Below, one piece after another: positions 20,263 through 30,167 of a DNA stretch of 64,000 nt. The stretch lies in the NCBI GenBank assembly GCA_902792515.1, contig CADAZX010000020.1, positions 224-64,223 of the forward strand, in the 5' to 3' direction. The notes under the pieces are model-generated. The model worked only from the letters and a program-made list of their open reading frames with translations. It did no database searches and had not been told where the DNA came from. The translations under genes and the position numbers were made by a program. Positions within the stretch are counted from its first letter, which is position 1, and each line of letters begins with the position of its first letter. The DNA comes from an uncultured Ruminococcus sp. (lineage in GTDB: Bacteria > Bacillota > Clostridia > UBA1212).

Positions 20263-21420
20263 ATGGAAAACGGAAAAAACAGCCTTACAGAGTGCAGACA
20301 AAAAATAGACGGAATCGACGACGCTATCGTGAAGCTTTTCGCGGAGAGAATGAACGTCGCGGCTGAGATAGCCGAGGTCAAGAAGGCGGAACATTTGCCT
20401 GTTTTCGACCCGCGCCGCGAGCGCGAGAAGCTCAAGGACGTGATCTCGAAAACACCGGACGACCTCAAGGACAGCATCTCCGTGCTATACCCGCTCATTT
20501 TCGACCTGAGCAGAAACCACCAGCGGCGCATAACGGGCGCACGTTCGGAACTCGCGGAGAAGATCGAAAAGGCGATCGCGGAGACACCTTCGCTTTTCCC
20601 GGAGACCGCGGTGGTTGCGTGCCAGGGAACGGACGGCTCCAATTCGCAGATTGCGTGCGACAGGCTTTTCCGCCGCGCCGACATTATGTATTTTTCGACG
20701 TTCGAGGCCGTTTTCAAGGCGATTGAGACGGGCTTCTGCCGCTACGGCGTCATTCCGGTCGAAAACAGTACGGCCGGCTCGGTGAACTCGGTGTACGACC
20801 TCATGATGAACCACAAATTCACGGTTGCGAGGAGCGTCCGCATCAAGATCGACCACAACCTGCTCGCCGTTCCCGGAACGAAGATCGAGGATATAAAGGA
20901 GATATACTCCCACGAGCAGGCGATCAGCCAGTGTTCGGAGTTCCTCTCGGAGCTTAAGGGCGTCAAGATCATTCCGTGCGAAAACACCGCGGTCGCCGCG
21001 AAAAGAGTGGCCGAGTCGGGTCGTAAAGACGTCGCCGCGCTCGCTTCGAGGAGCTGCATCAAATATTACGGCCTCAGCTGCCTTAAAGACTCGGTCCAGA
21101 ACGCCGACAACAACTACACAAGGTTCGTTTGCATTTCCCGCAACCTTGAGATCTATCCGGGCGCCGACAGAACGAGCGTCATGCTCACGCTTCCTCACGA
21201 GGCGGGCTCGCTCTACAAGCTCATGTCGAAGTTCTACGCGCTCGGCATCAACCTGACCAAACTCGAGAGCCGTCCGCTTCCGGGGCGCGACTTTGAGTTC
21301 ATGTTCTATTTTGACTTCGAGACGCCCGTCTATTCGCCGCGCCTTCTGAGGCTTTTGGGCGAGCTTCCCGATGCGTGCGAGAGCTTTACGTATCTCGGCA
21401 GCTACAGCGAGGTGGTCTAA
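20263..21420 (+). CDS. pheA: Bifunctional chorismate mutase / prephenate dehydratase
   Basis: N-terminal RQKIDGIDDAIVKLFAERM (CM type II); PVENSTAG, SHEQA, NYTRF, NLTKLESRP (PDT/ACT). Confidence 0.94.
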   Translation: MENGKNSLTECRQKIDGIDDAIVKLFAERMNVAAEIAEVKKAEHLPVFDPRREREKLKDVISKTPDDLKDSISVLYPLIFDLSRNHQRRITGARSELAEKIEKAIAETPSLFPETAVVACQGTDGSNSQIACDRLFRRADIMYFSTFEAVFKAIETGFCRYGVIPVENSTAGSVNSVYDLMMNHKFTVARSVRIKIDHNLLAVPGTKIEDIKEIYSHEQAISQCSEFLSELKGVKIIPCENTAVAAKRVAESGRKDVAALASRSCIKYYGLSCLKDSVQNADNNYTRFVCISRNLEIYPGADRTSVMLTLPHEAGSLYKLMSKFYALGINLTKLESRPLPGRDFEFMFYFDFETPVYSPRLLRLLGELPDACESFTYLGSYSEVV

Positions 21421-22647
21421 ATGATTTCATGCGGTTTGATCGGGGCAAAGCTCGCTCACAGCTACTCTCCGCAGATCCACGCGCTTTTCGGCAACTACCC
21501 TTATAAGCTTTACGAGCTTCGCGAGGATGAGATCGGCGCGTTTTTAAAAAACGGAGACTGGACGGCGCTCAACGTGACGATTCCCTACAAAAAGACCGTT
21601 CTGCCTTTCATGGACGAGGTCAGCGAGACGGTAAGGCGCACGGGCAGCGTCAACACGATCGTGAAAAGGCCTGACGGCACGCTTTTTGGCGACAACACAG
21701 ACGTGTACGGCTTTACCGGGTCCGTAAAGCACTCCGGAATCGAAGTTCGCGGCAAAAAAACGCTCATTTTGGGGAGCGGCGGCGCTTCGGTCGCGGTAAA
21801 GGAGGCTCTCCGGCTTCTGGGGGCGGAAACGGTCGTCATCAGCAGGAGCGGCGAGAACAACTACGCCAATCTTGACCGTCACCGCGACGCCGAAATCATT
21901 GTTAACACAACGCCCGTCGGAATGTTCCCGAAAAACGGAGAGGCACCGGTCGACGTCCGCATTTTTCCCGTTCTCAAGGGGGTTTTCGACCTTATCTACA
22001 ATCCGGAGAGAACGGAGCTCATTCTCGAGTGCGAAGAGGCCGGAATTCCGGCGTTCAACGGGCTTTACATGCTGGTCGCGCAGGCGAAAAGGAGTTCGGA
22101 GCTCTTTACGGGGCGTGCGATTCCCGACGGCGAGATCGACAGAGTGCGTGACGCGGTGGCGTCGCGGATGCGAAATATCGTGCTGATAGGAATGCCGGGC
22201 AGCGGCAAGAGCACGGTGGCGGCGGAGATAGGAAAGCTCACGGGCCGCACCGTCGTGGACACGGATGCCGAGATATTGAAAAAAACGGGCCGCACGCCGG
22301 CTGACATCATCAAAAACGACGGCGAGGAAGCTTTCCGCAAGGTCGAGAGCGAGATGCTGAAGGAGTTCGGAAAGCAGTCCGGACTCGTTATCTCCGCGGG
22401 CGGCGGAGTCGTGACGCGGGAGGAGAACTATAAATATATCAGGCAGAACTCGTTCACGGTGCGCATCAAAAGGCCCCTCGCGCTTCTTCCGGTAAAAGGC
22501 CGTCCGCTGTCGCAGGGGAGACCTCTCGAGGAGCTGGCTGCCGAACGCGAGCCGCTCTACAGAAAATTCGCCGACGCGGAAGTCGACAACGTGACAACAC
22601 CACGTGACGCTGCCGCGCTTGTCGTGAAGCTCGCCGGACTTGATTGA
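21421..22647 (+). CDS. aroE: Fused shikimate dehydrogenase / shikimate kinase (AroE-AroK)
   Basis: HSYSP, NVTIPYK, SVNT, NTD, LGSGGA, NTTPVG, DLIYNP, GLYMLVAQA; then LIGMPGSGKST, GEEAFR, GGG, RPL, REPLY. Confidence 0.93.
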   Translation: MISCGLIGAKLAHSYSPQIHALFGNYPYKLYELREDEIGAFLKNGDWTALNVTIPYKKTVLPFMDEVSETVRRTGSVNTIVKRPDGTLFGDNTDVYGFTGSVKHSGIEVRGKKTLILGSGGASVAVKEALRLLGAETVVISRSGENNYANLDRHRDAEIIVNTTPVGMFPKNGEAPVDVRIFPVLKGVFDLIYNPERTELILECEEAGIPAFNGLYMLVAQAKRSSELFTGRAIPDGEIDRVRDAVASRMRNIVLIGMPGSGKSTVAAEIGKLTGRTVVDTDAEILKKTGRTPADIIKNDGEEAFRKVESEMLKEFGKQSGLVISAGGGVVTREENYKYIRQNSFTVRIKRPLALLPVKGRPLSQGRPLEELAAEREPLYRKFADAEVDNVTTPRDAAALVVKLAGLD

Positions 22648-22741
22648 CATCATTTGCGAAAACCGTGTGCAATTCCCTTTTTTGGGCTTTTTTGAGCGGC
22701 CGTTCAGGCGAAAAAAACACGAAAAAAACCGACGAATCCTG

Positions 22742-22770
22742 TTGACGGACCGCGGTTTTCGTATTAAAAT
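22742..22770 (+). promoter_or_regulatory. sigmaA promoter of aroQ
   Basis: TTGACG, 17 bp, TAAAAT. Confidence 0.65.
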
Positions 22771-22832
22771 AACAGGTTTATTAAACCCCGCACTCTTTCG
22801 GGGCTGACAAAACTACCGGCCTGGAGACAAAA

Positions 22833-23303
22833 ATGAAATTCCTCGTTATCAACGGACCGAACATCAACATGTTGGGCATCCGCGAACCGGATATATACGG
22901 CAGACAGGACTACAAGGCGCTCGTAGATTTTATCGGACAGGCGGCCGGGGAGGCAGGCGTCTTCGCGGAGGTTTTCCAGTCGAATTGCGAGGGCGAGATC
23001 GTGACCGCGATTCAGAACGCGCTCGGGAATTTTGACGGTATCGTCATCAACCCGGCCGCTTACACGCACACGAGCATCGCGATCCTTGACGCGCTCAAGG
23101 CGGTCGGACTTCCCGCGGTGGAGGTGCACCTCACGGATATCGCGGCGAGAGAACCGTTCCGGCAGATATCGTATACCGGAATGTACTGTGTCAAAACTTT
23201 CAAGGGGCTCGGATTCGAGGGCTACAGAGAGGCGATCTTCTTTTTGAGGGACTACGTCGCCGTAATGCTGTCGGAGGATCCGGACGAGGTTCCGTGGCGC
23301 TGA
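22833..23303 (+). CDS. aroQ: Type II 3-dehydroquinate dehydratase
   Basis: INGPNINMLGIREPDIYG, QSNCEG, INPAAYTHTS, VEVH, REPFR. Confidence 0.96.
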   Translation: MKFLVINGPNINMLGIREPDIYGRQDYKALVDFIGQAAGEAGVFAEVFQSNCEGEIVTAIQNALGNFDGIVINPAAYTHTSIAILDALKAVGLPAVEVHLTDIAAREPFRQISYTGMYCVKTFKGLGFEGYREAIFFLRDYVAVMLSEDPDEVPWR

Positions 23304-23557
23304 AGCGCCGGACATTTCAACAAAACTACTTCGTGCCGCAATTTTCCGCGGGATACTGAAAGATTTTTCGACGGACAATAAACGGATTTTCGCGTTATTT
23401 TCGCGTGATTTTCGCGGCGTTCACACGTAAAACATACGACTCATTTATATTTAAACCGACTTTTTACGACAATTGTTTGCTAACGGATGCGCCCGCAGGC
23501 GTTCCGGCACGTTTTCGGAAGCACCGCCGGGTATCCGCAAAAAGGAGCTGAATTAAA

Positions 23558-24934
23558 ATGAAAAAAACAAACGAAGTACCTTATAAAATTTACCTTGAAG
23601 AACATGAAATGCCGACGGCATGGTATAACCTTCGCGCCGATATGAAGAACAAGCCGGCGCCGCTGCTCAACCCGGGCACAAAACAGCCGATAACCGCCGG
23701 AGAACTCGGCGTGGTTTTCTGCGAGGAGCTTGTAAAGCAGGAACTCGACAACGACACCGCGTATTTCCCGATTCCCGAAGAGGTTTTCAACTTCTACAAA
23801 ATGTACCGGCCGTCGCCGCTCGTTCGCGCCTACTGCCTTGAAAAAGTGCTCGACACACCCGCGAAGATCTACTACAAATTCGAGGGCAACAACACAAGCG
23901 GCTCGCACAAGCTGAATTCCGCGATCGCGCAGGCGTACTACGCGAAAAAGCAGGGCCTCAAGGGCGTCACGACGGAAACGGGCGCCGGCCAGTGGGGAAC
24001 GGCTCTTTCGATGGCCTGCTCCTACCTCGGACTCGACTGCAAGGTCTTCATGGTAAAAGTTTCCTACGAGCAGAAGCCGTTCAGACGCGAGGTAATGAGA
24101 ACCTACGGCGCGTCCGTAACTCCTTCGCCCTCCACGACGACGCAGGTCGGCCGCAAGATTCTTGAGGCGCACCCCGGAACGACCGGAAGCCTCGGCTGCG
24201 CGATCTCCGAAGCCGTCGAAGCGGCCGTCACCAGCGAGGGTTACCGCTACGTGCTGGGCAGCGTACTCAACCAGGTACTGCTCCACCAGAGTATCATCGG
24301 TCTCGAGACGGAAGCCGCTCTTAAAAAGTACGGCATCAAACCCGACGTCATTATCGGCTGCGCGGGCGGCGGCTCCAACCTCGGAGGCCTTATCGCTCCG
24401 TTCATGAGAGACAAAATCCTCGGCAAGGCTGACTACAGGATCGTAGCGGTCGAACCGGCTTCATGCCCGAGCTTCACGAGAGGCAAATTCGCGTACGACT
24501 TCGCCGACACCGGAATGGTCTGCCCGCTCGCGAAAATGTACACGCTCGGCAGCGGCTTCATTCCCGCTCCGAACCACGCCGGCGGACTCCGCTACCACGG
24601 CATGAGCACCATCCTTTCGCAGCTCTACCACGACGGTTACATGGAGGCGATCTCCGTTCCTCAGACCGAGGTATTCAAGGCTGCCGAGAGGTTCGCGAGA
24701 GTCGAGGGAATCCTTCCTGCTCCCGAGAGCGCGCACGCGATCAAAGCCGCCATCGACGAGGCCGAGAAGTGCCGCGAGACAGGCGAGGAGAAGACGATCG
24801 TTTTCGGTCTGACCGGAACCGGCTACTTCGACATGGTCGCCTACGAGAAGTTCCACGACGGCAAGATGGACGACTACATCCCGACCGACGAGGATCTCGA
24901 AGCCGGCTTCAAGGGCCTTCCCGTGATCGACTGA
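23558..24934 (+). CDS. trpB2: TrpB2-type tryptophan synthase beta (PLP enzyme)
   Basis: WYNL, YRPSPLVRA, GSHKLNSA, TTETGAGQWG, GSLGCAISEA, GSVLNQV, GGGSN, HAGGLRYHG, PAPESAHA; 458 aa length typical of TrpB2. Confidence 0.93.
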   Translation: MKKTNEVPYKIYLEEHEMPTAWYNLRADMKNKPAPLLNPGTKQPITAGELGVVFCEELVKQELDNDTAYFPIPEEVFNFYKMYRPSPLVRAYCLEKVLDTPAKIYYKFEGNNTSGSHKLNSAIAQAYYAKKQGLKGVTTETGAGQWGTALSMACSYLGLDCKVFMVKVSYEQKPFRREVMRTYGASVTPSPSTTTQVGRKILEAHPGTTGSLGCAISEAVEAAVTSEGYRYVLGSVLNQVLLHQSIIGLETEAALKKYGIKPDVIIGCAGGGSNLGGLIAPFMRDKILGKADYRIVAVEPASCPSFTRGKFAYDFADTGMVCPLAKMYTLGSGFIPAPNHAGGLRYHGMSTILSQLYHDGYMEAISVPQTEVFKAAERFARVEGILPAPESAHAIKAAIDEAEKCRETGEEKTIVFGLTGTGYFDMVAYEKFHDGKMDDYIPTDEDLEAGFKGLPVID

Positions 24935-24966
24935 CATGCATCACGCTTACAATTAGTATTTAAAAC

Positions 24967-25009
24967 GGCGCCGCCGGCCTGCTGATTTTGATGGCCGGCG
25001 GCGCTTTTT
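24967..25009 (+). terminator. Rho-independent terminator after trpB2
   Basis: gcgccgccggcc...ggccggcggcgc followed by ttttt. Confidence 0.75.
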
Positions 25010-25169
25010 AACAAAAAAAGACCGTTTCCGTTTGAAATCGGCGATAAAAAACAGTATAATAATCGCGGGATTACAAAACGCATGAGAAAAATGAGCCGCT
25101 GCGCGTGATGGTAAAAATGAATGCGTGCGGCGTGCGGGTCCCTATCATTTTCGCAGATATGTGAGGTGC

Positions 25170-26456
25170 ATGATGAATAAACCGCTTTTGGTGACTTTGA
25201 TTTTGACAGCAGTGCTTATAGTTCTGGCGGTTGCGTTTACGCTTGTTTCGTGCAGGAACGGCAACAAACCCGGTCCGGGCGAAGACCCGGGCGCCAACGA
25301 AGAGCCCGAAAAGCCGAAGGACGTCAGGCTCTATCAGCTCGCGCCCGAGCAGAACAGCCTTATGATGAGCTACGTCATAGTGACCCCGAACAACAAGGTG
25401 GTCGTTTTCGACGGCGGCATCGCGGGGCAGGGCAAGGACGCGCCGCCTTATCTTCCCGCCGCCATCAGGGCGATTCTGGGCCTTCCTCAGGACGGCTACT
25501 TTGAAATCGAGGCGTGGTTCCTGACGCACGGCCACGACGACCACATGGGTGAGATCGGCAAAATGACGCTTGCCTACACGGCGGAATCCAACTACAAAAT
25601 CAACAACATCTACTTCTACTTCCCGGACTTCGGCGTCGAGTGGAAATCCCAGGCGGGCGCGAACGACTACAGCCTCGAAGCGGTCGAGAATATGAAAAAA
25701 GGCCTCGACAATTACTACTCGATCTGCGGTTTCAACGGCCTCGCGTACGCCGACATTCCCGAGAGCGAGTGGAAGGCACCCGAAGGCAGCGAAAATTACT
25801 ACTACAACCTGATCAACGGCGCCGTCGTGAACCGTGAACGCGTCGACGCGGGTCTCGTTATCGAAGTTGACGGCGTCAAGTTCAACGTGCTTCAGACATG
25901 GCAGAAATCCTGCACCAACGTCAACAGCACCTCCACGGTCGTCCGCATGGTCTACGGCGACCACAGCGTGCTCTTCCTTGGCGACTCCTACACCGACAAC
26001 TCGAACAAGCTCGTGCGCAAGTACGGCGACGAACTGAAATCCGAGTACGTCCAGATGGGCCACCACGGTCAGCACGGCCCGAACGAAAAGTTCTACAAGA
26101 AGATCGAAGCCGAAAAGTCCATCCGCCTCTGGCCGACCCCGATCTGGGTCTGGAAGGTCTACAAGGCAACCAACAACATCGCCACAGACGAAACGCGCGG
26201 CTGGCTCGGCCTTCCTGAGGACTTCAACGAGTTCGAGAAGCAGGGACTCCTCGACACCGGACGCGACTTTGTCTCCGGTCTCTACGGCATCTATCCCGCG
26301 GATCCGACGCAGGTGAGCGACTGGAACAAGGACGTCCTCGCCAAGCAGCTCGTGGCGGTTTTCGAGTACGTTGAGCCGGCACCGGAACAGGAACAGGAGA
26401 CTCCCGAAGCTACCGCGGCGCCGGAAAGCTCTGCCGGAGAGGCGCCTCAGGAATAA
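25170..26456 (+). CDS. Metallo-beta-lactamase-fold (ComEC/Rec2-like) hydrolase lipoprotein
   Basis: Lipobox LVSC; VFDGG, LTHGHDDHMG (HxHxDH), NSTS, LFLGD, QMGHHG. ATG 25170 after GAGGTG. Confidence 0.75.
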   Translation: MMNKPLLVTLILTAVLIVLAVAFTLVSCRNGNKPGPGEDPGANEEPEKPKDVRLYQLAPEQNSLMMSYVIVTPNNKVVVFDGGIAGQGKDAPPYLPAAIRAILGLPQDGYFEIEAWFLTHGHDDHMGEIGKMTLAYTAESNYKINNIYFYFPDFGVEWKSQAGANDYSLEAVENMKKGLDNYYSICGFNGLAYADIPESEWKAPEGSENYYYNLINGAVVNRERVDAGLVIEVDGVKFNVLQTWQKSCTNVNSTSTVVRMVYGDHSVLFLGDSYTDNSNKLVRKYGDELKSEYVQMGHHGQHGPNEKFYKKIEAEKSIRLWPTPIWVWKVYKATNNIATDETRGWLGLPEDFNEFEKQGLLDTGRDFVSGLYGIYPADPTQVSDWNKDVLAKQLVAVFEYVEPAPEQEQETPEATAAPESSAGEAPQE

Positions 26457-26518
26457 AATAACTATATTTATGATAGGGCGCTTTTTTGCGGCCGGTTTTA
26501 CGGCACTTTTTGTCAAAG

Positions 26519-28036
26519 TCAAAAGAGCATCGACCTGACAGTGCTTATGTAGGCTTCCATTTTCGCGTTCATATCCTCGCCTCCGCTATTGACCCAGCAC
26601 TCGGGAATGTAGCTCGACAGCGGATTCTGCCACGGAAGGATTATAACGTTATCAGCGCTTACCGGGTACGTCTCCAGAATCGCCCGCATCTCCGCCGCGT
26701 TGACGCCTTTCAGCCTCATACGCAGCAGATCGAGGGAGGAGATACCCGCCCCGGAGTATGCGACAGTCACATCATCCCCAGGAAGCAGGATTCCGGAATC
26801 TTCGATAAGTCCGAAAGAATAGCTTCCCGGCGCCATTTGCCACACGACCACGATAAGGCCGTTGGAGGCGTTCAGCCCGAAATATTCGGGGCAGCGTTTT
26901 ATAAGCTCCGCCTGATCAGGCGTCATATTATCGACGTCGACCGACCCGAAAATGTCGCGTGCGCGCACCGGGGACGCCAGCGTAAGCGCCAGGCCGTCAC
27001 TCCACAGGGAAGCGTTTTCCCCAACCGCGATCACGGACTTCTCCGCGTCAAAGCTGATCGTGTATCGGGAGGTAATTTTAAAAACGTACCGGAAATCCGC
27101 GTTCCCGTCAGTTCCCTTCAAGATGACTTCGTCCCCGTTTGTTTCCACGTCTCCTGCCGGCTGGTAGGAGACCGCGACGTTTTCGACGACCGTAAACCTG
27201 TTCGCGAATATCGTCACATAGGGAAGACCGATGTTATTAAGGTCTCCGGAAGCCGTGTATAGCCCTCTGGGTAGGGGATTGTCATCGCCTTCGATTTCAA
27301 ACCTGTTGTTGTTCCACAGAACGCGCTTCCCGTCGATGAAGACGTTTTCGCCGTCAAAACCGGCTTTAAAAGCGGGGTCCGTGAGCGTCATCACGGTTTT
27401 TATGTTGAGAGATTCTTTTGCGGCCACATCAAAAACGCCGAGAACCTCATAGGGAAGGCCGGAACCCGCGTCGCCTAAAAACACGACGTCCGTAATCCCG
27501 TTGCTGTCGTAATCCCACAGGCACATCTCTCTCACCAAAGTGAAGCCCAAGTCGTACAACCCGCCGTCGGCAGAGCCGAGATATAAGAGGTGCAGGCCGC
27601 CGTCCAGCCGGTATAGACGGATATCGGAGTTTGCGGCAACGTAGGGCGAGGTGCAGTCCCTGACCGACTTGACGCTGTCCGTTTTGTAGTTAGTGTAGAC
27701 AACGTGGGCGTACGCTCCGTTGACCGTCGCGACGCTGCGGTAGCCCCGGGCTTTCAAAATCCCGAGAACGGTATTTTTTGCGTCTTCGGATTCTTTTTCG
27801 TCGCACTTTACCTCTGCCTTCAGCGTTTTCGGCTTCGCTGTGTCATCGCCCGGGTTCGTGTCCGGTCCTTCGGTAGGAGCGGTTTCCTGCGAACCGTGAT
27901 TGCCGGTGTTCTGCGGATCCGTGCCGGAAGGTCTCCTGCCGCGGGAACATGAAGAAAGCGCGAGCGACGTCAAAAGCGCCGGCACAAGCAAGAGAGCGAG
28001 CGCGAAAACGAAAACTGTTTTGCTTCTCTTAAACAT
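26519..28036 (-). CDS. Hypothetical lipoprotein (multidomain, extracellular)
   Basis: Lipobox LSSC, RBS AAGGAGG, low-complexity linker; no catalytic motif recognised. Confidence 0.65.
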   Translation of the reverse strand: MFKRSKTVFVFALALLLVPALLTSLALSSCSRGRRPSGTDPQNTGNHGSQETAPTEGPDTNPGDDTAKPKTLKAEVKCDEKESEDAKNTVLGILKARGYRSVATVNGAYAHVVYTNYKTDSVKSVRDCTSPYVAANSDIRLYRLDGGLHLLYLGSADGGLYDLGFTLVREMCLWDYDSNGITDVVFLGDAGSGLPYEVLGVFDVAAKESLNIKTVMTLTDPAFKAGFDGENVFIDGKRVLWNNNRFEIEGDDNPLPRGLYTASGDLNNIGLPYVTIFANRFTVVENVAVSYQPAGDVETNGDEVILKGTDGNADFRYVFKITSRYTISFDAEKSVIAVGENASLWSDGLALTLASPVRARDIFGSVDVDNMTPDQAELIKRCPEYFGLNASNGLIVVVWQMAPGSYSFGLIEDSGILLPGDDVTVAYSGAGISSLDLLRMRLKGVNAAEMRAILETYPVSADNVIILPWQNPLSSYIPECWVNSGGEDMNAKMEAYISTVRSMLF

Positions 28037-28293
28037 GGACAGTCCCTCCTTTCGGGTATTATTCTACTAAAGGTGGGACGGCTTGTAAAGGGACAAAACG
28101 CAACAGGAAATTCATACGAAAAGAAGCTAAATAAGGCAAGCAGTTTTGCATATAATTCTTCTTTGTTTATGGTAGGGACTGTACAAAAACTGGCAATTTA
28201 GCCGGTGATGTAACAGTCCCTTATTGTTGATATAACTGTTTAACGATTCTTGTGAAGGGTTCCGATATGGTCAAGCTTTTATTACTTCATCCT

Positions 28294-29460
28294 TTATACT
28301 CCGCCTTTTATCGCGGCGCGGACCCATTTGTCCCAGCGCGGGTCGGCCTGCATTTCGCTTTTGACTTTGCCTTGCTCCGGCACGTCCCACCACGGCCAAA
28401 CTTCCGGAAGTTCAAGCGCGAAGCGGCTTTCTGACTTGTGAACGCCGACCTTCACGTGGGCGAGAAGCGGGGCGGAAAAGTTTTCGGGACTGTTTCCCGA
28501 AAGCCGATCCAAAGCCTTCGCGTTTTCAAGTGCCTTATAAAGCGCGTCAAACGCCGCGTCGCGTTCTCCGGCAAGCCACAGATAATAGGAACGCAGCATA
28601 TACAGGCAGGCTACGAAACCGGCGAGGCGGCCGTAGAAACCGTCGGTGCAGACGAGATCGAAGAGTCCGACCGCGTTCTGGAGCAGACCTGCGGCGGTTT
28701 TAGGCGGAATATTGTGATCCGAGAGCACGATGCTTTCGATCAACTCCGCCGAACAGCGCACCGTTTCCAGAAGCGCATTCCCGCACTCGGCGACCGCTTC
28801 AACGCCGTCAACCGCGTTGATCCTCAAAAATAGCTTTGTCGCGGACAAATCGGGGGCGGATTCGGCAAGCTGCAGCGCCTTTTCGTGCTCGCCCGTGTTC
28901 TTGTAAAGCTGCGAAAGCTCGGTTACTGCCTGCTGCCGCAGGGCGCCTTCCTGAAGCTCGGGAAGGATCTTCTCGTAAATCTTTATCGCTTCCCGCCATT
29001 CCGGATACGTCCTGTGCCGCTCGATGTCATACAGCGAGTACCCGTCCGGCCCGGCAACATGAAACTCCCCGCGCCTGACATAGCCCGCGTTGAACAGCAC
29101 GGCGGCAAGCGCAAGGCCGAGTTTGGGATTCCCAGGGAACTCAATCAGCGCGTTCCTCGCAAGCGCGATGCAGTCGTCAAGATCGACGTCGACGCCGTTG
29201 TTCCTACGGTTCATTTCACAGATCGTTTCGTAAAGGGAATCGACTTTTTTCGCCCGTTCGTTGTCGTAGCCGAAGAGCTCGTCGATGGAGACCCCGAAGA
29301 AATTTGCAATCGAAGGAATGAGTTCCACGTCGGGGTAGCAGATTCCGTTTTCCCAGCGCGAGACAGCCTGAGCGGTAACGCCGAGCTCGTTCGCAAGCGC
29401 TTCCTGCGTCCTTCCGTGACGCTGGCGCAATTCTTTTATTTGTTCACCTAATACAACCAT
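28294..29460 (-). CDS. XRE-family HTH transcriptional regulator with C-terminal TPR-like helical region
   Basis: LGEQIKELR..TQEALANELGVTAQAVSRWENG..PD...IANFFGVSIDEL; ATG 29460 after AAGGAG. Confidence 0.85.
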   Translation of the reverse strand: MVVLGEQIKELRQRHGRTQEALANELGVTAQAVSRWENGICYPDVELIPSIANFFGVSIDELFGYDNERAKKVDSLYETICEMNRRNNGVDVDLDDCIALARNALIEFPGNPKLGLALAAVLFNAGYVRRGEFHVAGPDGYSLYDIERHRTYPEWREAIKIYEKILPELQEGALRQQAVTELSQLYKNTGEHEKALQLAESAPDLSATKLFLRINAVDGVEAVAECGNALLETVRCSAELIESIVLSDHNIPPKTAAGLLQNAVGLFDLVCTDGFYGRLAGFVACLYMLRSYYLWLAGERDAAFDALYKALENAKALDRLSGNSPENFSAPLLAHVKVGVHKSESRFALELPEVWPWWDVPEQGKVKSEMQADPRWDKWVRAAIKGGV

Positions 29461-29665
29461 AATAATTCTCCTTGCTTCGTTGATGAATTTCACCGGTGCG
29501 AGTTCATTATAAACGCGGGCGGGAATTATTTCAATTATCAATTGGTTGTTTCAAAATAAATTGATTGTTTATACCACGGTGCGGAAAAACGAGAACTGTT
29601 GAGTTCTCGTTGAAACACAAAAATTGAATATGCTGAACATAAAAACAATTAATCGGTAGTGGCGT

Positions 29666-30079
29666 TCACTGATCTTCTGACCCCCGGTTCATTTCGTTAA
29701 TTTCAGATACTTTGTTCCGTCTTCTGAGTATTACGGCCTTTACAACTGTCAGTATGACAGAAATTGCCATGGCAATGAATGCGCCCAAAAGTGCAGCGCC
29801 GAAGCCAACAACCAGCGTCATTTTATCGTTCGAAATATTCCTATAATATAGAAAAGTTGAAAGCATAGAATATAGGAAATACGATGCCGCATAATTGAAT
29901 CCAAACAAGAGCACCATCCACCAACGGTTCGTAACAAGCCAAATGATAATAAATATGAGAGGTGCCGAAACAATGAATACAAGTATGTCAGCCTCAACGC
30001 CTATCCGGTATGACTCAAACGCAAGCGGCACCAACAAATAGAATAGTAGCGAAATAATAATTGCCTTACTGAGTTTCAT
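29666..30079 (-). CDS. Hypothetical membrane protein (about 4 TM helices), AT-rich
   Basis: 137 aa of hydrophobic segments with a basic C-terminal tail; codon usage differs from flanking genes. Confidence 0.6.
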   Translation of the reverse strand: MKLSKAIIISLLFYLLVPLAFESYRIGVEADILVFIVSAPLIFIIIWLVTNRWWMVLLFGFNYAASYFLYSMLSTFLYYRNISNDKMTLVVGFGAALLGAFIAMAISVILTVVKAVILRRRNKVSEINEMNRGSEDQ

Positions 30080-30167
30080 TTTAATCCCTTGGTAATTTGA
30101 ACTGATTTATAAGAGTGACTTCAAGCACTCGGAAATCACGATTCAAGGTTGATAGGCGCGCTTGGCG

